DNA from: Thraustochytrium aureum
Lineage: Eukaryota
Direction: 5' to 3'
Length of the DNA: 63,508 nt
Assembly (NCBI GenBank): GCA_012862495.1
Contig: BLSG01000125.1
Location: 11,646 to 75,153 of the forward strand
The position numbers and the translations under genes are program-made. Positions 53,167-63,508 of the stretch are shown here, piece after piece. Every line of letters starts with the position of its first letter. Position 1 is the stretch's first letter. Under the pieces are notes generated by a model that worked only from the letters and a program-made list of their open reading frames with translations, did not search any database and had not been told where the DNA came from.

Positions 53167-53893
53167 CTACGCCAGGCCGACCTCGCGATCAAGCTCGGCC
53201 AGAAACGAGACCATAAACTCGTGCCGGCGCTGAGCCTCCTTGCGCGCGGGGTCGGTGTTCATCAGGTCGCGGATACGCAGCAGCTTGTCATAAAAGTGAC
53301 CCACGCCAGACTCGGCGTCCGCCGGGGCGCCGCCCGTCATCACCGCCTTGGCTTTGGCCTCGCCACCGCCGCCGCCGCTTCCTAGCTCGCCTTCGACCGC
53401 CTTGTACAACGCACGATTCTTCGTCCCTCCAAAGGTGAAGCAGCGGGCCACCCCCACGGCGCCGATGCTGTCCAGGCGGTCTGCGTCCTGCACGACCGCG
53501 AGCTCGGGAGTCATTTCCAAGGGCGCGTCGCGCCTCATTTGCTTCGAAAAAGAGACGTTGCCCACGATGTGGACCACGCGCTTCACCACGTCGTGGTCCG
53601 CCTCGAGCTCCTCCAGGAAAGCGCGCACCGCGTCGGGCCCCGCCTGCGCGCTCCCGCCCGCGTACTTGTGATCCTTGACATCATGGAGCAGCGCGCCGAG
53701 TTCGACGACACCAAGATCGCGCTCGCCTTGCATCCCGCACTCTCGCGCGAGTTTGAGCGCCATCCTCCGCACGCGGTCGACGTGCTCCCAGTCGTGCGAG
53801 CCGTCGTTGCCCGCCATCTCGTCGCGCGCAAACACCTCGGCCCGCGCGACGAGAGCCGCCAAAAGGGGCCGCTGGCGCCGCCGTGGAGCTCAT
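53167..53893 (-). CDS. HD-domain phosphohydrolase (YpgQ-like)
   Basis: DGSHDWEHVDRV..ALLHDVKDHKY..VQDADRLDSIGAVGVARCFTFGG..HFYDKLL..AQRRHEFM. Likely ATG at 53893 with an indel in the A-run near 53861-53864. Confidence 0.9.
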
Positions 53894-54562
53894 CCTCCTC
53901 ACCGAGCACAGGGGCCTTGCTGCGGTCCACCGAGCTGCCACGCGGCGCATCGTTGCTCGAGGGCCTTGCCTGCGGCGGGCAGCTCCTCCACCAACAGCGC
54001 AGGAGGATATTCCGACGCGGCACGCGACAGGAGCGGGAAAGGCGCTGTGCCAGGTCGTCGTCGTCGTCGAACCACAAGGTCATCGCACATCATCGCGCAT
54101 CATCGCACATCATCGCATGCGGTCGCTCTCTGATCCTCGGCCGCTCGGCGCGGGCCGGGGGAACGGCTGCCAAGCCCCGCGGCGGCGGCGCGCATCTGCG
54201 GTCGGCGGGGCTTTTGCGCGGCATTTCCAAGGGCAGAGGAGCATAAATGCTCGCGTTTCTCCGGCTCGATCTTTGTTCATCGCGTCTCGAGCCGTCTCCC
54301 TCCCCCTCCTGGGTCCACTTTCCTGCCTGCACTGGCAGCGCCAGGCAATGCCAGCCTGAGGGATGATCGATCTTCTTGCCGTCACCGCGCTTCGCTCTCG
54401 AGTCGGCGCAGAATCTGCGATGGATCGATCGAGCGCTCTGGCAGACCCCGAACACCCGAACGAAGACCAGTCTGAGAGCCCATCGCAGAACAAGCCGCAA
54501 TCAACAACCGCCGCGACGAAAGCCTCCCTTCATCGACCTGAACGAACGCTGCAAGAGCGAGG

Positions 54563-55945
54563 ATGGGCGGCAACAGCTCCAAGAAGGGCGGCGAGAGCCT
54601 CCAGGAACGCGTCGTCCTCGTAACGACCAACTGCGACGAGGTCGAAGGGTACCCGGACAAGACCGGCAACTGGCTCGAGGAGCTGGCCGCGCCCTACTTT
54701 GCTTTCTCGGAGGCCGGCTATGATGTCGTGGTCGCCAGCACCAAGGGCGGCCACATCCCGATCGACGAGAAGAGCAAGTCCAACGACTTTGCCTTCGAGG
54801 CGTCCAAGCGCTTCCTCGCGGAAAAGGCAAGCGTGCTCGAGGAGACCGTGGCGCTCGCCAGCCTCACCGCGACAGGCGTCCGCTGCGTCTTTCTCGTGGG
54901 TGGGCACGGCGTGTACGGCGACTTTGCCAACAACGCTCGACTGCAGGCACTCGTCCAGCGCGTCGCCCAGCAAGGCGGCGTGATCGCGAGTGTGTGCCAC
55001 GGCCAGGTCGGCTTGGTTGGCCTTCCGCTCATCAAGGACAAGCGCCTAACCTCGTTCACGAACGCTGAAGAGGACAAGATGGGCCTCAAAGACAAGGTCC
55101 CGTTCTTGCTGCAGGACAAGCTCGCCGAGAGCGGCGCCAAGTTTGAGGAGAAGGACCCCTTCTCGGTCCACGTAGTAGCCGACGGCAGGCTCGTAACGGG
55201 ACAGAACAACTTTAGCCCCACTGCGGTGGCGGACAAGGCGATTGAAATCCTCAAGGCGACCGACCGCGTGCTCCTGCTGGTCACCAGCGAGTCGGAGGTC
55301 CCTGGCTACTTTCGCCCAACGGGGTCGTGGCTCGAGGAGGTCGCCGCGCCGTACTATGTCTTCGCAAACGCGGGGATGGACGTTCAGATTGTGAGCACGC
55401 GCGGCGGGACCGCGCCGATCGACCCGAACAGCAGGCAGCCCGACTTTTATTGGGACGCCGGCAAGCGCTTTGACGCGGACCACGCTGCGCTCGGCAAGCT
55501 CAACTCGACGGTTCCGGCGTCGCACGCCCTGGCGCTCCTGGACAAGACGGTCAAGGCCGTCTTTGTTGTGGGCGGGCATGGTGGGTACGCCGACATGGAG
55601 GAGTTTGCGCCGCTCTTGCGCAAGGCTGCCGAGCTCGGTGCCTACGTCTGCGCCGTCTGCCATGGGCCGCTTGCCTTCAAGTGGACCCCAGAGCTGGTGA
55701 AGGGCAAGAAGGCGACGGGCTTCACTAATGAGGAGGAGACTCAAGTCGCCGCTGCCGAGCTCGTGCCGTTTTTGATCCAGGACGAGCTGACGAGCCTTGG
55801 GGCAACATTTTCGTGCGGTGCAGCCTGGACCGAGGGCGTTGTAGAGGATGGCAAGCTCGTAACTGGACAGAACAACTTTTCTGCCGGCGCAGTGGCCAAC
55901 AAGGTGCTTGAAAAGCTCAAGCAGGAGCGCGAGGCGGAGCAGTAA
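54563..55945 (+). CDS. Tandem two-domain DJ-1/PfpI (Hsp31/glyoxalase III-like) protein with an N-myristoylation motif
   Basis: Two repeats, each with TGxWLEE.AAPY, VGGHG, VCHG, FTNxEE, VPFL.QD.L and DG.LVTGQN. N-terminus MGGNSSKK. Confidence 0.93.
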   Translation: MGGNSSKKGGESLQERVVLVTTNCDEVEGYPDKTGNWLEELAAPYFAFSEAGYDVVVASTKGGHIPIDEKSKSNDFAFEASKRFLAEKASVLEETVALASLTATGVRCVFLVGGHGVYGDFANNARLQALVQRVAQQGGVIASVCHGQVGLVGLPLIKDKRLTSFTNAEEDKMGLKDKVPFLLQDKLAESGAKFEEKDPFSVHVVADGRLVTGQNNFSPTAVADKAIEILKATDRVLLLVTSESEVPGYFRPTGSWLEEVAAPYYVFANAGMDVQIVSTRGGTAPIDPNSRQPDFYWDAGKRFDADHAALGKLNSTVPASHALALLDKTVKAVFVVGGHGGYADMEEFAPLLRKAAELGAYVCAVCHGPLAFKWTPELVKGKKATGFTNEEETQVAAAELVPFLIQDELTSLGATFSCGAAWTEGVVEDGKLVTGQNNFSAGAVANKVLEKLKQEREAEQ

Positions 55946-56511
55946 AACCTAGACGCGTTGGCGAGGGCAAACCCGGGCCTCCGCAAACCAAAGTAAAACA
56001 TATCCATTTCTTAATTAAAAGATCTCAGCGCGCGAGCAAGGTCCCGTTGAGGGCGAGCTCGTCGCTCGAAGCGTTGGCAGAACAAGGACAACAAGTCTCT
56101 GGCGAAAACAAGAGCGATCGAAGCCGCGAGAAGACGCCGCCCGCAGCACTTGGCGAATCGTCAAAGCTGCGTACTCTGGCGGTGCCCCGCGCTCTGGAAG
56201 GGAAGCTCACCACGGCGAAGACCGCCCCAACTCTTGTGCCTTTTGCTGATCGCACGGAAGAAAGAGCAATGGGGCAAAACTGAAAAGAGATTGATTCCTT
56301 CCTGCTCACCGCACCAGACATTTATTNNNNNNNNNNNNNNNNNNNNNNNNNNNNNNNNNNNNNNNNNNNNNNNNNNNNNNNNNNNNNNNNNNNNNNNNNN
56401 NNNNNNNNNNNNNNNNNNNNNNNNNNNNNNNNNNNNNNNNNNNNNNNNNNNNNNNNNNNNNNNNNNNNNNNNNNNNNNNNNNNNNNNNNNNNNNNNNNNN
56501 NNNNNNNNNNN

Positions 56512-57940
56512 GAAAATCCGTGAGGCCTGGTATGAGGATTTCGTCGTGTGACGATGACGTGGCAAGCTTTATCTTGTTCAGGCTCTTGGTGGTTTGAGAG
56601 CGGTCCGCCAGCATCCTTGCAAATGACTTGGTCCTCATTTTGGCAGGCTCAAAATTGATGCGAATCACGGAAGACCCGTGCAGCGCTGCGTCGTTGAGCT
56701 GCACATGCACATCACCGTTCTCCACATAGGCAACACCGCATGGCGATGTGCGGTCGATGATGTGCTCGCTGCGCTCATCGTTGCACGACCATCGAATTCG
56801 CCTGTCGGAATTGACAATCATGCGGAACAGGTCGTAGTTGGTGAGGTATGCGCGCCTCTGCTCGACCTCGAACACAAAGAGCAGCTCTTCTGCGGAAATG
56901 TCAAGTATGCTCTCCACAAAACTGCACGTGTCGCGCACTCTGCGAAAAGAGCCCGTCATCTCGTCGCTAGAGGCTCGGCGCGGCGCAACGGCGTTGCTTC
57001 TCAGCGTCAAGGCTGACTTCTTCGTTTTGGCGTTCCCGAATGCACATAGGACGGTACTAATGGGGTACCCCAACACGCAAATGAGGTACAGCGGACCGGC
57101 CATGGGCATGACGATCATGTGGATGATAGTCAAAAGCCCGTAGCTGCCGAGCTGGCCAATTACCCAAGCGGTTGACATGGGCGCGAGTAGCAGGGCGAAG
57201 CGGTCGAAGTTGAGCACGCCGAGCACGCGCGCGTGCCTCCCGACGCCATTGTGCATCTTGATGAGTATAAAGCCAATAATCAGGATGCCCTCTGCGCAGG
57301 CCGCGCAGTGCGCCAGGCCAAGAAGGATGATGAGCCACGGCGGGGAGTCTGCGAGGCCCAAGAAATAGGCAGTCGTAAACCGGAGGTAAGAGATGAGCGA
57401 AACGGCCGACAGCAAACTGATGGGATTCTGCACATCCCCAGTCTGAAGCGTGTACATGATAAAGTCGAGCAGGCCGACGTGTGGGAGGGCGAGCCGCGTC
57501 TTTGTACCGTCGACGGCCTGAAGCACGACAAACCTTGCGCGAAATAGGTATTTGTACAGGAGAATGCCGAGCATCACTGGGCGCAGCATGAAGCCAACCC
57601 AGCTGATGATCGAAAGTGCTTCGCACCTGTCGTACACTGTGCCCGAGCAAGTCTCGGCCAAGCGGGTCATGTTCTGCGAGATGCTGTAAATGATGCACCG
57701 CTCGCTGTTGGAGCTAATTGCATCCTGGATCACCATAGTGGGGTTGGCCGCCCGGCACAGCGACTCAAAGGAAATGTCGCTCAGCAAGATTGCAGCTACG
57801 TTCAAGTAGATATGAACGCCGATGTAGATCTGCGGGAGGGCCATGAGAACGGAAAGCAGCTTGCCCGCGAGGAGCAGCACTTTCAGCGAGCTTGGCCGCC
57901 GTGTCCATGAGCTGCCTTTCGAGGGCACCTTGTCAATCAT
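56512..57940 (-). CDS. Hypothetical multi-pass membrane protein with a Cys-rich loop; 3' end in or near gap
   Basis: Long open ORF with about 6-7 hydrophobic segments, a four-Cys loop after TM1 and a soluble C-terminal part; no family motif recognised. Confidence 0.65.
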
Positions 57941-58962
57941 CGTGGCCTCCAACAATGTCGGTGGGCGAGCACCTTGACCCGTGAATCCTTGCAAAACGCC
58001 TGATCTCGCACGCGCTGTCCCGAAGTGGTCTTGCCTGCGCTGCTGCACCGCTGTGCTTCCTCTAGACTCGGCCGCGTGGGTTGGGCTGCGTTTCTGGACT
58101 GATGCCTATGTGGCACGTTTTCTTTGGTGAAGACCCTGTCTTCGTCTGCTGGAATGCTGTGTCACCAAGAGCCGTTGGTCGGCCTCGTGCACTGCTGAAG
58201 CTTAAAGGTTGGCTAACCTGCTCGGTCTAAACCTGGCCTGCAGCTCTGCAGCCTACAAGCGCGCGTCAGGAAGGATTCGCGCAAACTTTTCCGTGTGCCA
58301 GGAACGCAACGGCTAACGCATATCGCTCGGCGCGGAGAGCGGCAGAGCAAGCAAATCGTGCGCGATTTTATATTTTCCATGGTGTTACTGGGTTTACCAC
58401 GTGAGAGTCTGCAGTTCAGCTGCCTCCTGAGGCAGCCAGAGACGGGACGGGACGCCTCTGCGCGCGACGGTCAAATAAGCAAAGGAATGCCATCTATGAA
58501 ATGCCATCTATGCTGTCATATGCTGTCAACGGTTAAGCTTCGGCTCATTGAAGTGCTCACAACAGTTGGCTCACAACGTTGAATACATGGGTTTTGCCCC
58601 GGGGGTGACGAGGCGCCCGACACCCGCTCGCTCTTGCAGATGCGGGTAATGAGTGCTCCAGACCATCCACGCCGCGCACTTGTGTAAGAGAAGGCGGAAT
58701 ATGCGATGCCCAAAGCCGCTCAGACGACGGACCGACGCGAGACGGCCGTGGCCGATCGAGAGAATTGCGCGGCCAGATGGTCACGGCCCCACCGGACATG
58801 TGACGTCAGCGCTTGCGTAGCAAGTGGCGTTCGTGCTTCCTTGTTCGTGCGGCGATAGATTCGCCGGGGATGACGTTTGCCTCGTTCGGGCTCGCGACGG
58901 GCAGGAAAGTGGTATCGCCGCGTGGACCTTCATCGGCCCTCTCCGCCATCATGCAACAGACC

Positions 58963-59056
58963 AGCAGCGAGGGCCACGAGCAACAGCAGCGCGGGCCAAG
59001 GGCGCCAGCAGCGCGGGCCAAGGGCGCCAGCAGCGAGGGCGCCAGCAGCGAGGGCG
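58963..59056 (+). repeat. Short degenerate tandem repeat (gggcgccagcagcg-like) upstream of the E2 gene
   Basis: cagcagcgcgggccaagggcgc x2 and cagcagcgagggcgc x2. Confidence 0.7.
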
Positions 59057-59174
59057 CGCGCACGCGGCGGGCTGGGCAAGCGCCTCACAGAGGCGACTCG
59101 CCGAGCAGGCAGACAAGCAGGGACGAGCAAGGAGAGGGCTTGGCCACACCGTGCACGAGACGCAGAGAGGAGCC

Positions 59175-60002
59175 ATGGCCTCGTCGCCAGCTGCGCTCCT
59201 GCTTGGGCGCGAGTTTGCAAGGATCAAGAAAAACCCTACGTCTCCGTGGTTTTGCGTGCACGACATGATCGAGGACAACGTGTTTTTGTGGGACATCTTC
59301 GTGGTCGGGCCGCGCGACACGCTCTATGAGGGCGGGGTGTACCGTGCGCTGCTGCGGTTTCCGCCCGACTACCCGATGAACCCGCCGTCCCTCCAGTTCA
59401 AGAGCAAGCTGCTCCACCCCAACGTTTACCGCGACGGCAAGGTTTGCGTGACCACGCTGCAGGTGATGCACCCCGGGGCAGACCCGCGCGACTCGGCGCT
59501 CTTCTGGCGCCCAATCCTTGGCGTCGAGCAGGTCGTGCTCTCGGTGATCTCGCTCCTCTCAGACCCCAACTCGGATGACCCAGCCGATCTCTCCGCATCC
59601 AACATGTTTCTCGCACACCCTGATGAATTCCGAAAGGTTTGCGCAGAGAACGCGCGCCTTTCGCTCGAGCAGCTTCCACCCGATGTCGTGCCACCACAGG
59701 AAGCTGCCGTCAACCCGCAAGGGAACGACAAGTCGCAACGTGGCAAAGCCGCGACTGCCGCACTCGAGAGCTGCACGAGCGCTGCGGACTGGTCCAACTC
59801 GAGCCGTGCGGGACAGTGTGGCATTCTCAAGGAGGGCGAGCCCAGGTCTCTCTTGCCATCGGGCCAGCCAAGCCAAGGCGATTCAGTCCGTGTGCAAGAA
59901 CAGCAGGAGGAGGCGGAAGACAGCGAAGATGGCGAGGAGGACTTTGCCTATTCGGACGACGAGCTGGACTACGCCGAGCAGGCCAATTCACAGGAACCCT
60001 GA
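59175..60002 (+). CDS. Ubiquitin-conjugating enzyme E2 (Cdc34/Ubc7-type) with an acidic tail
   Basis: GPRDTLYEGG..FPPDYPMNPP..HPNVYRDGKVC, a loop insertion before W-RP, VISLLSDPN, and a D/E-rich C-terminus. Confidence 0.93.
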   Translation: MASSPAALLLGREFARIKKNPTSPWFCVHDMIEDNVFLWDIFVVGPRDTLYEGGVYRALLRFPPDYPMNPPSLQFKSKLLHPNVYRDGKVCVTTLQVMHPGADPRDSALFWRPILGVEQVVLSVISLLSDPNSDDPADLSASNMFLAHPDEFRKVCAENARLSLEQLPPDVVPPQEAAVNPQGNDKSQRGKAATAALESCTSAADWSNSSRAGQCGILKEGEPRSLLPSGQPSQGDSVRVQEQQEEAEDSEDGEEDFAYSDDELDYAEQANSQEP

Positions 60003-60329
60003 GCAGGCATGGCGCGAGCCAACCGTCAAAGCATAGGCAGGTCAGTTACGCCGGAGGGCAATTGCCCATCGCTCCGCCCGTGTCGCTCTGTCGAGTTTAC
60101 TGCCGTGTTCAGCCTGTTTAGTCTGTTCCGCCTGTTCAGCTTGCTCGGCAGGACGGCACCCATGTCGATAGCACGGCCACGTGCTCGCCGCCGGCCAATG
60201 GAGGCCGTGCCATGTAAATACACAACAAAAAGAAGAATGAACCTATTGCGGAAATCGAAAACGCACAGCTGCGATTTCGAGCTTACTGGAACGACCCAGC
60301 TCCCACGTGCGCTCAAAGCGCGAGCGCGC

Positions 60330-61703
60330 TCAAAGTTTGGACGCGCTGTTCCCGAACGCCTCTGCAACAAACCGGCGCTGCACTTTACCGGTGGCCGTCT
60401 TTGGCACTTGCTGAGTGACGAACACGCGGGCCGGAACCTTTTCCCTGCTGAGCCGCTCCGCGCAGAACGCAATCACCTCCTCGGGCGAAAGGGTGCATCC
60501 TGTGCGAGGGACAACGGCGGCGCAGACAATCTCGCCGTACTTTTCGTCCGGCAATCCAAAAGCAACCGCCTCGCCGACGGACGGATGCGCGAGCAATACG
60601 GCATCAACCTCGAGCGGCGCAATCTTCTCTCCACCACGGTTGATGAGCTCTTTCAGGCGGCCTGTGAGTGTGAGGTAGCCGTCCTTATCCAAGAAACCCT
60701 GGTCTCCAGTGTGAAACCAGCCGCCTGCAAACTCCGAGAGATTGGCCTCCGGGCGATTGATGTACCCCGCAGTCACGTTCTCGCCGCGGATGCAGACCTG
60801 CCCAACAACGCCAGCAGCAGACACCATACGGTTGCGGTCATCCAGGATGGCAACTTGGACGTTTGCAGCCCGCCCGACGGTGCCGGCCTTATGCGGGCCA
60901 TTCTTGGGGAGTGGATTGGAGGTCATCATGTGGCTCGCCTCCGTCATGGCATACGCCTCCAGGACGGGGGCGCCTACGTACTCTTCGAGCCGACCAAGAA
61001 CAGCTGGCGCCAGCGCGCTGCTGCAGCTGCGCACAAAGCGAAGCGACGCTCGCGAAACTAGGCCTTGGTCTTGCTCCTTGCGCTGCAAGAGGATCTGGTG
61101 GATCGTCGGCACTGCCGTGTACCACGTCGCCCCGCAAGCAATCACGTCGACCCAGAACGCTTGAGCAGAGAACCGTCCGCCTCTCGGCAGCACCACGGTG
61201 CCGCCAGAGCAGAGCGTGGAGAACAGGCCGCCAATAAGGCCATGCACGTGGAACAGAGGCATGACTAGGTAGCAGGTGTCCTTCTCGTCCAACTCGTACG
61301 TGTTGCGGATGTTGCCCATCGACGTGCACAGGTTGTGGTGCGAAAGGGGAACCAGCTTTGGCCGCGACGTCGTTCCACTCGTGTGCAGGTACAGGGCGAC
61401 ATCAGTCGGCTGGGGCGGGTCGGCAGTGTAGGTTGCGCTCGACAAGGGCTGTGCGGTCGCCTGGGCCCGGTCGGCAGCTACTGAAAGCTGCACGCCCTGC
61501 TCGGGCTCGCAAAACTCGCTGGCGTGGACAAGCGGAACGCCGAGCTCCGCAGCGGCCTGCGCAGCCTCTGCGTCGTTGGGTCCGGCCTCGACGACGAGAA
61601 CCTTGGAGCCAACATCCTGCATGTAAAAGGCATACTCGCCCGCCTTGAGGTTGGGGTTGAGCGGGGCGGCCACGGCGCGGATCCACGTCGCCGCCAAGAA
61701 CAC
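60330..61703 (-). CDS. Peroxisomal acyl-CoA synthetase, oxalate-CoA ligase type (Pcs60/AAE3-like); 5' end in gap
   Basis: LHTSGTTSRPKLVPLSH, VMPLFHVHGL, TWYTAVPTIHQILL, LRFVRSCSS, EAYAMTEASH, WFHTGDQG, ELINRGGEKI, PKTATGKVQR; C-terminal SKL (PTS1). Confidence 0.92.
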   Translation of the reverse strand: MFLAATWIRAVAAPLNPNLKAGEYAFYMQDVGSKVLVVEAGPNDAEAAQAAAELGVPLVHASEFCEPEQGVQLSVAADRAQATAQPLSSATYTADPPQPTDVALYLHTSGTTSRPKLVPLSHHNLCTSMGNIRNTYELDEKDTCYLVMPLFHVHGLIGGLFSTLCSGGTVVLPRGGRFSAQAFWVDVIACGATWYTAVPTIHQILLQRKEQDQGLVSRASLRFVRSCSSALAPAVLGRLEEYVGAPVLEAYAMTEASHMMTSNPLPKNGPHKAGTVGRAANVQVAILDDRNRMVSAAGVVGQVCIRGENVTAGYINRPEANLSEFAGGWFHTGDQGFLDKDGYLTLTGRLKELINRGGEKIAPLEVDAVLLAHPSVGEAVAFGLPDEKYGEIVCAAVVPRTGCTLSPEEVIAFCAERLSREKVPARVFVTQQVPKTATGKVQRRFVAEAFGNSASKL

Positions 61704-62205
61704 NNNNNNNNNNNNNNNNNNNNNNNNNNNNNNNNNNNNNNNNNNNNNNNNNNNNNNNNNNNNNNNNNNNNNNNNNNNNNNNNNNNNNNNNNNNNNNNNN
61801 NNNNNNNNNNNNNNNNNNNNNNNNNNNNNNNNNNNNNNNNNNNNNNNNNNNNNNNNNNNNNNNNNNNNNNNNNNNNNNNNNNNNNNNNNNNNNNNNNNNN
61901 NNNNNNNNNNNNNNNNNNNNNNNNNGGGAGTGAGCTGGTGCCGGGGACTGGGAGTGAGGGATCTGAGTTCTGGTCTTTGATTGATTGATCGATTGAAGCT
62001 GGCCCGAAGAGATTCGGCTGCGCGAAGGCTCGCTCTGTTCCTTGGACGGAGGGCCGTTCGAGCCGCGCACAGACCACCCGCAACACTTCTCCCCGGGCAG
62101 GGCTGCCCAGTGCCTGACGCGAGCGCTCGCGGTCGCAGGCCCCGCGGCGCGCCAGCGAAACGGCAGAAGAGCAGTGGAGGACGCCGCAGGAGGCGAACGT
62201 CGAGG

Positions 62206-63276
62206 ATGGCGGGCTCGGTCGACCCGACGCCGTTCAACGTCTCGCTGGGCTACCTCGTGCTAGCGATAGCGCACCTCTTTCTGGACAGGCGGCTTGCGCT
62301 GCACTACCTCAAGCGACGTGGGCTGGAGCGGAGCAAAGACGAGTATCCCTTCGAGCCGCCCACGTTCGAGTTCTGGCCGAAAGCGAGCCTGTTTGGCGTT
62401 GTCGCCTTTCTGGTGAGGGAGGTTTGCTTCGGATGGGTCCGCGTCCTTGTCGTCGCCGTCATGGTGCTCTTCCTCTCGCATCGCACGTGTGGAGAGACCA
62501 GGTACTTTGCCTTTCTCTTGATGGCAGTGTCTACAGCCTCAGTGGTTTTCCTCGCCTCGCTCCGCGCGTTCGTGGACATTGGCACGCGCCGCAAGGTGTG
62601 GCCGCGCTATTCTTCAAGCATGACCTCCTCACCGGCCAAGTCTCAACGGTGGCTGTCTCTCGTGGCACGCATCTGCTGACGTACGTCTCGCTTGCCTTGG
62701 CTGCTCGGGGCGCGCTGTGGGATTCTGCCCATGCCGCCCTCTCGCCCGCTCGCTCGCTAACCGCGCCTTCGCTTGCCCAGCAACATGGTTCGAAGCGCGC
62801 TTTACCTTCAGGTCTACCAAGGGATTCTGGGGACTTTATATTTGGTGTTCTGGGCGTCCCACATCGACTCGTGCCCCACTGCGATGGCAGCGGCATTGCG
62901 CGGGGTGCTCATCTTCCAGATCGTCGCTGGTCCTGCCCTGCTGTTGTTCGGCCAAGTGTTCGTGGCGGCCCAGCTCGCGCGCGCGCCACTGCCGCAAGGA
63001 TACTCTCTTGCTCACTTGCTTTTTTTCTACTTCCCCAGTGACGTTGAGAAGCGCCGAGGATCTCTCAAGCCGGGGTTCGCTCAAGGCGGCACTAGCGCTG
63101 GGCAGTTCTCGGAGCTCGAGCTCCGCGTAATCTCCACGCCTGAAATGCAGGTTGCTGCGCAAACCAGGCGTCTGCCGAGTCTCGACCTGCCTTCCGTTTC
63201 CTCTCCGGAGTTGGTAGGGATGACATCTGACGACACCTTCATGGGTCGCGGGTTTGGCACCGGGCGCAGGGTTTGA
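62206..63276 (+). CDS. Hypothetical multi-pass membrane protein (split by indels)
   Basis: ATG at 62206. The hydrophobic ORF 62206-62679 continues through a middle frame (HLLTYVSLALAARGALW..) into the hydrophobic ORF ending at 63276. Confidence 0.55.
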
Positions 63277-63508
63277 AGCCCAGCTCCCCTGTGGCCCAGC
63301 TCGTGCAGCAATCGGACAACCTGCCAATCAATAGTTGAGCGGCCCTAGGCGCTGACGATTCTTGCTGTTTCGAGCTCTAGCTAGCTACTAGAAGGGAGAC
63401 GGAGGTACTTCGCTCCAGCGCAACTGCGGAGTTTGCGGTACTCTAATCTCTGGTTTTGTTTCGATTTGCCCACCAGAAGTGTAGTACAGAAAAGAACCAA
63501 GGCGCTCC

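Noticed and set aside
948..53864. Many apparent frameshifts (about 948, 1340, 1621, 9067, 21240, 27512, 31062, 39290, 41128, 41190, 52595, 53862) suggesting pseudogenes or programmed frameshifting
   Set aside because: Nearly all fall in homopolymer runs and also hit essential genes such as bystin. This pattern is typical of pyrosequencing or Ion Torrent indel errors rather than biology.
51797..61703. PGM-like, HD hydrolase, DJ-1 and oxalate-CoA ligase genes as a metabolite-repair cluster
   Set aside because: Mixed orientations, unrelated intervening genes and no shared regulatory motif seen; cannot be distinguished from chance without synteny data

Overview
A GC-rich, gene-dense eukaryotic genomic scaffold with few introns. 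Short GT-AG spliceosomal introns with a CTRAC branch site, plus bystin, POP1, NAA30, an E2 enzyme, PRELI and a peroxisomal SKL protein, show it is eukaryotic. Gene content and style suggest a stramenopile protist such as a thraustochytrid, but that is inference only. The assembly is a draft: it has many N-gaps (at least two are false gaps flanked by duplicated sequence) and frequent 1-nt indels in homopolymers that split real genes across frames. About 29 protein-coding loci can be supported. The most unusual features are multi-domain fusions: (1) a PhnZ(HD)-PhnY(PhyH) phosphonate-catabolism fusion; (2) an apparent Dug3 GATase + WD40 + M20 peptidase (Dug2-like) glutathione-degradation fusion; (3) a FAD-monooxygenase + lipoyl/biotinyl-like domain + biotin-protein ligase with the BPL_N domain at the C-terminus; (4) a tandem pair of SLC10/BASS transporters carrying an extracellular SUEL (Gal/Rha) lectin-like domain, near an L-rhamnose mutarotase; (5) a secreted cereblon-like CULT protein with an inserted MRH-like segment; (6) an N-myristoylated double Hsp31/DJ-1 protein. 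No rRNA, tRNA, CRISPR array or intact transposon was recognised. Family calls come from motif recognition by eye, not database searches.
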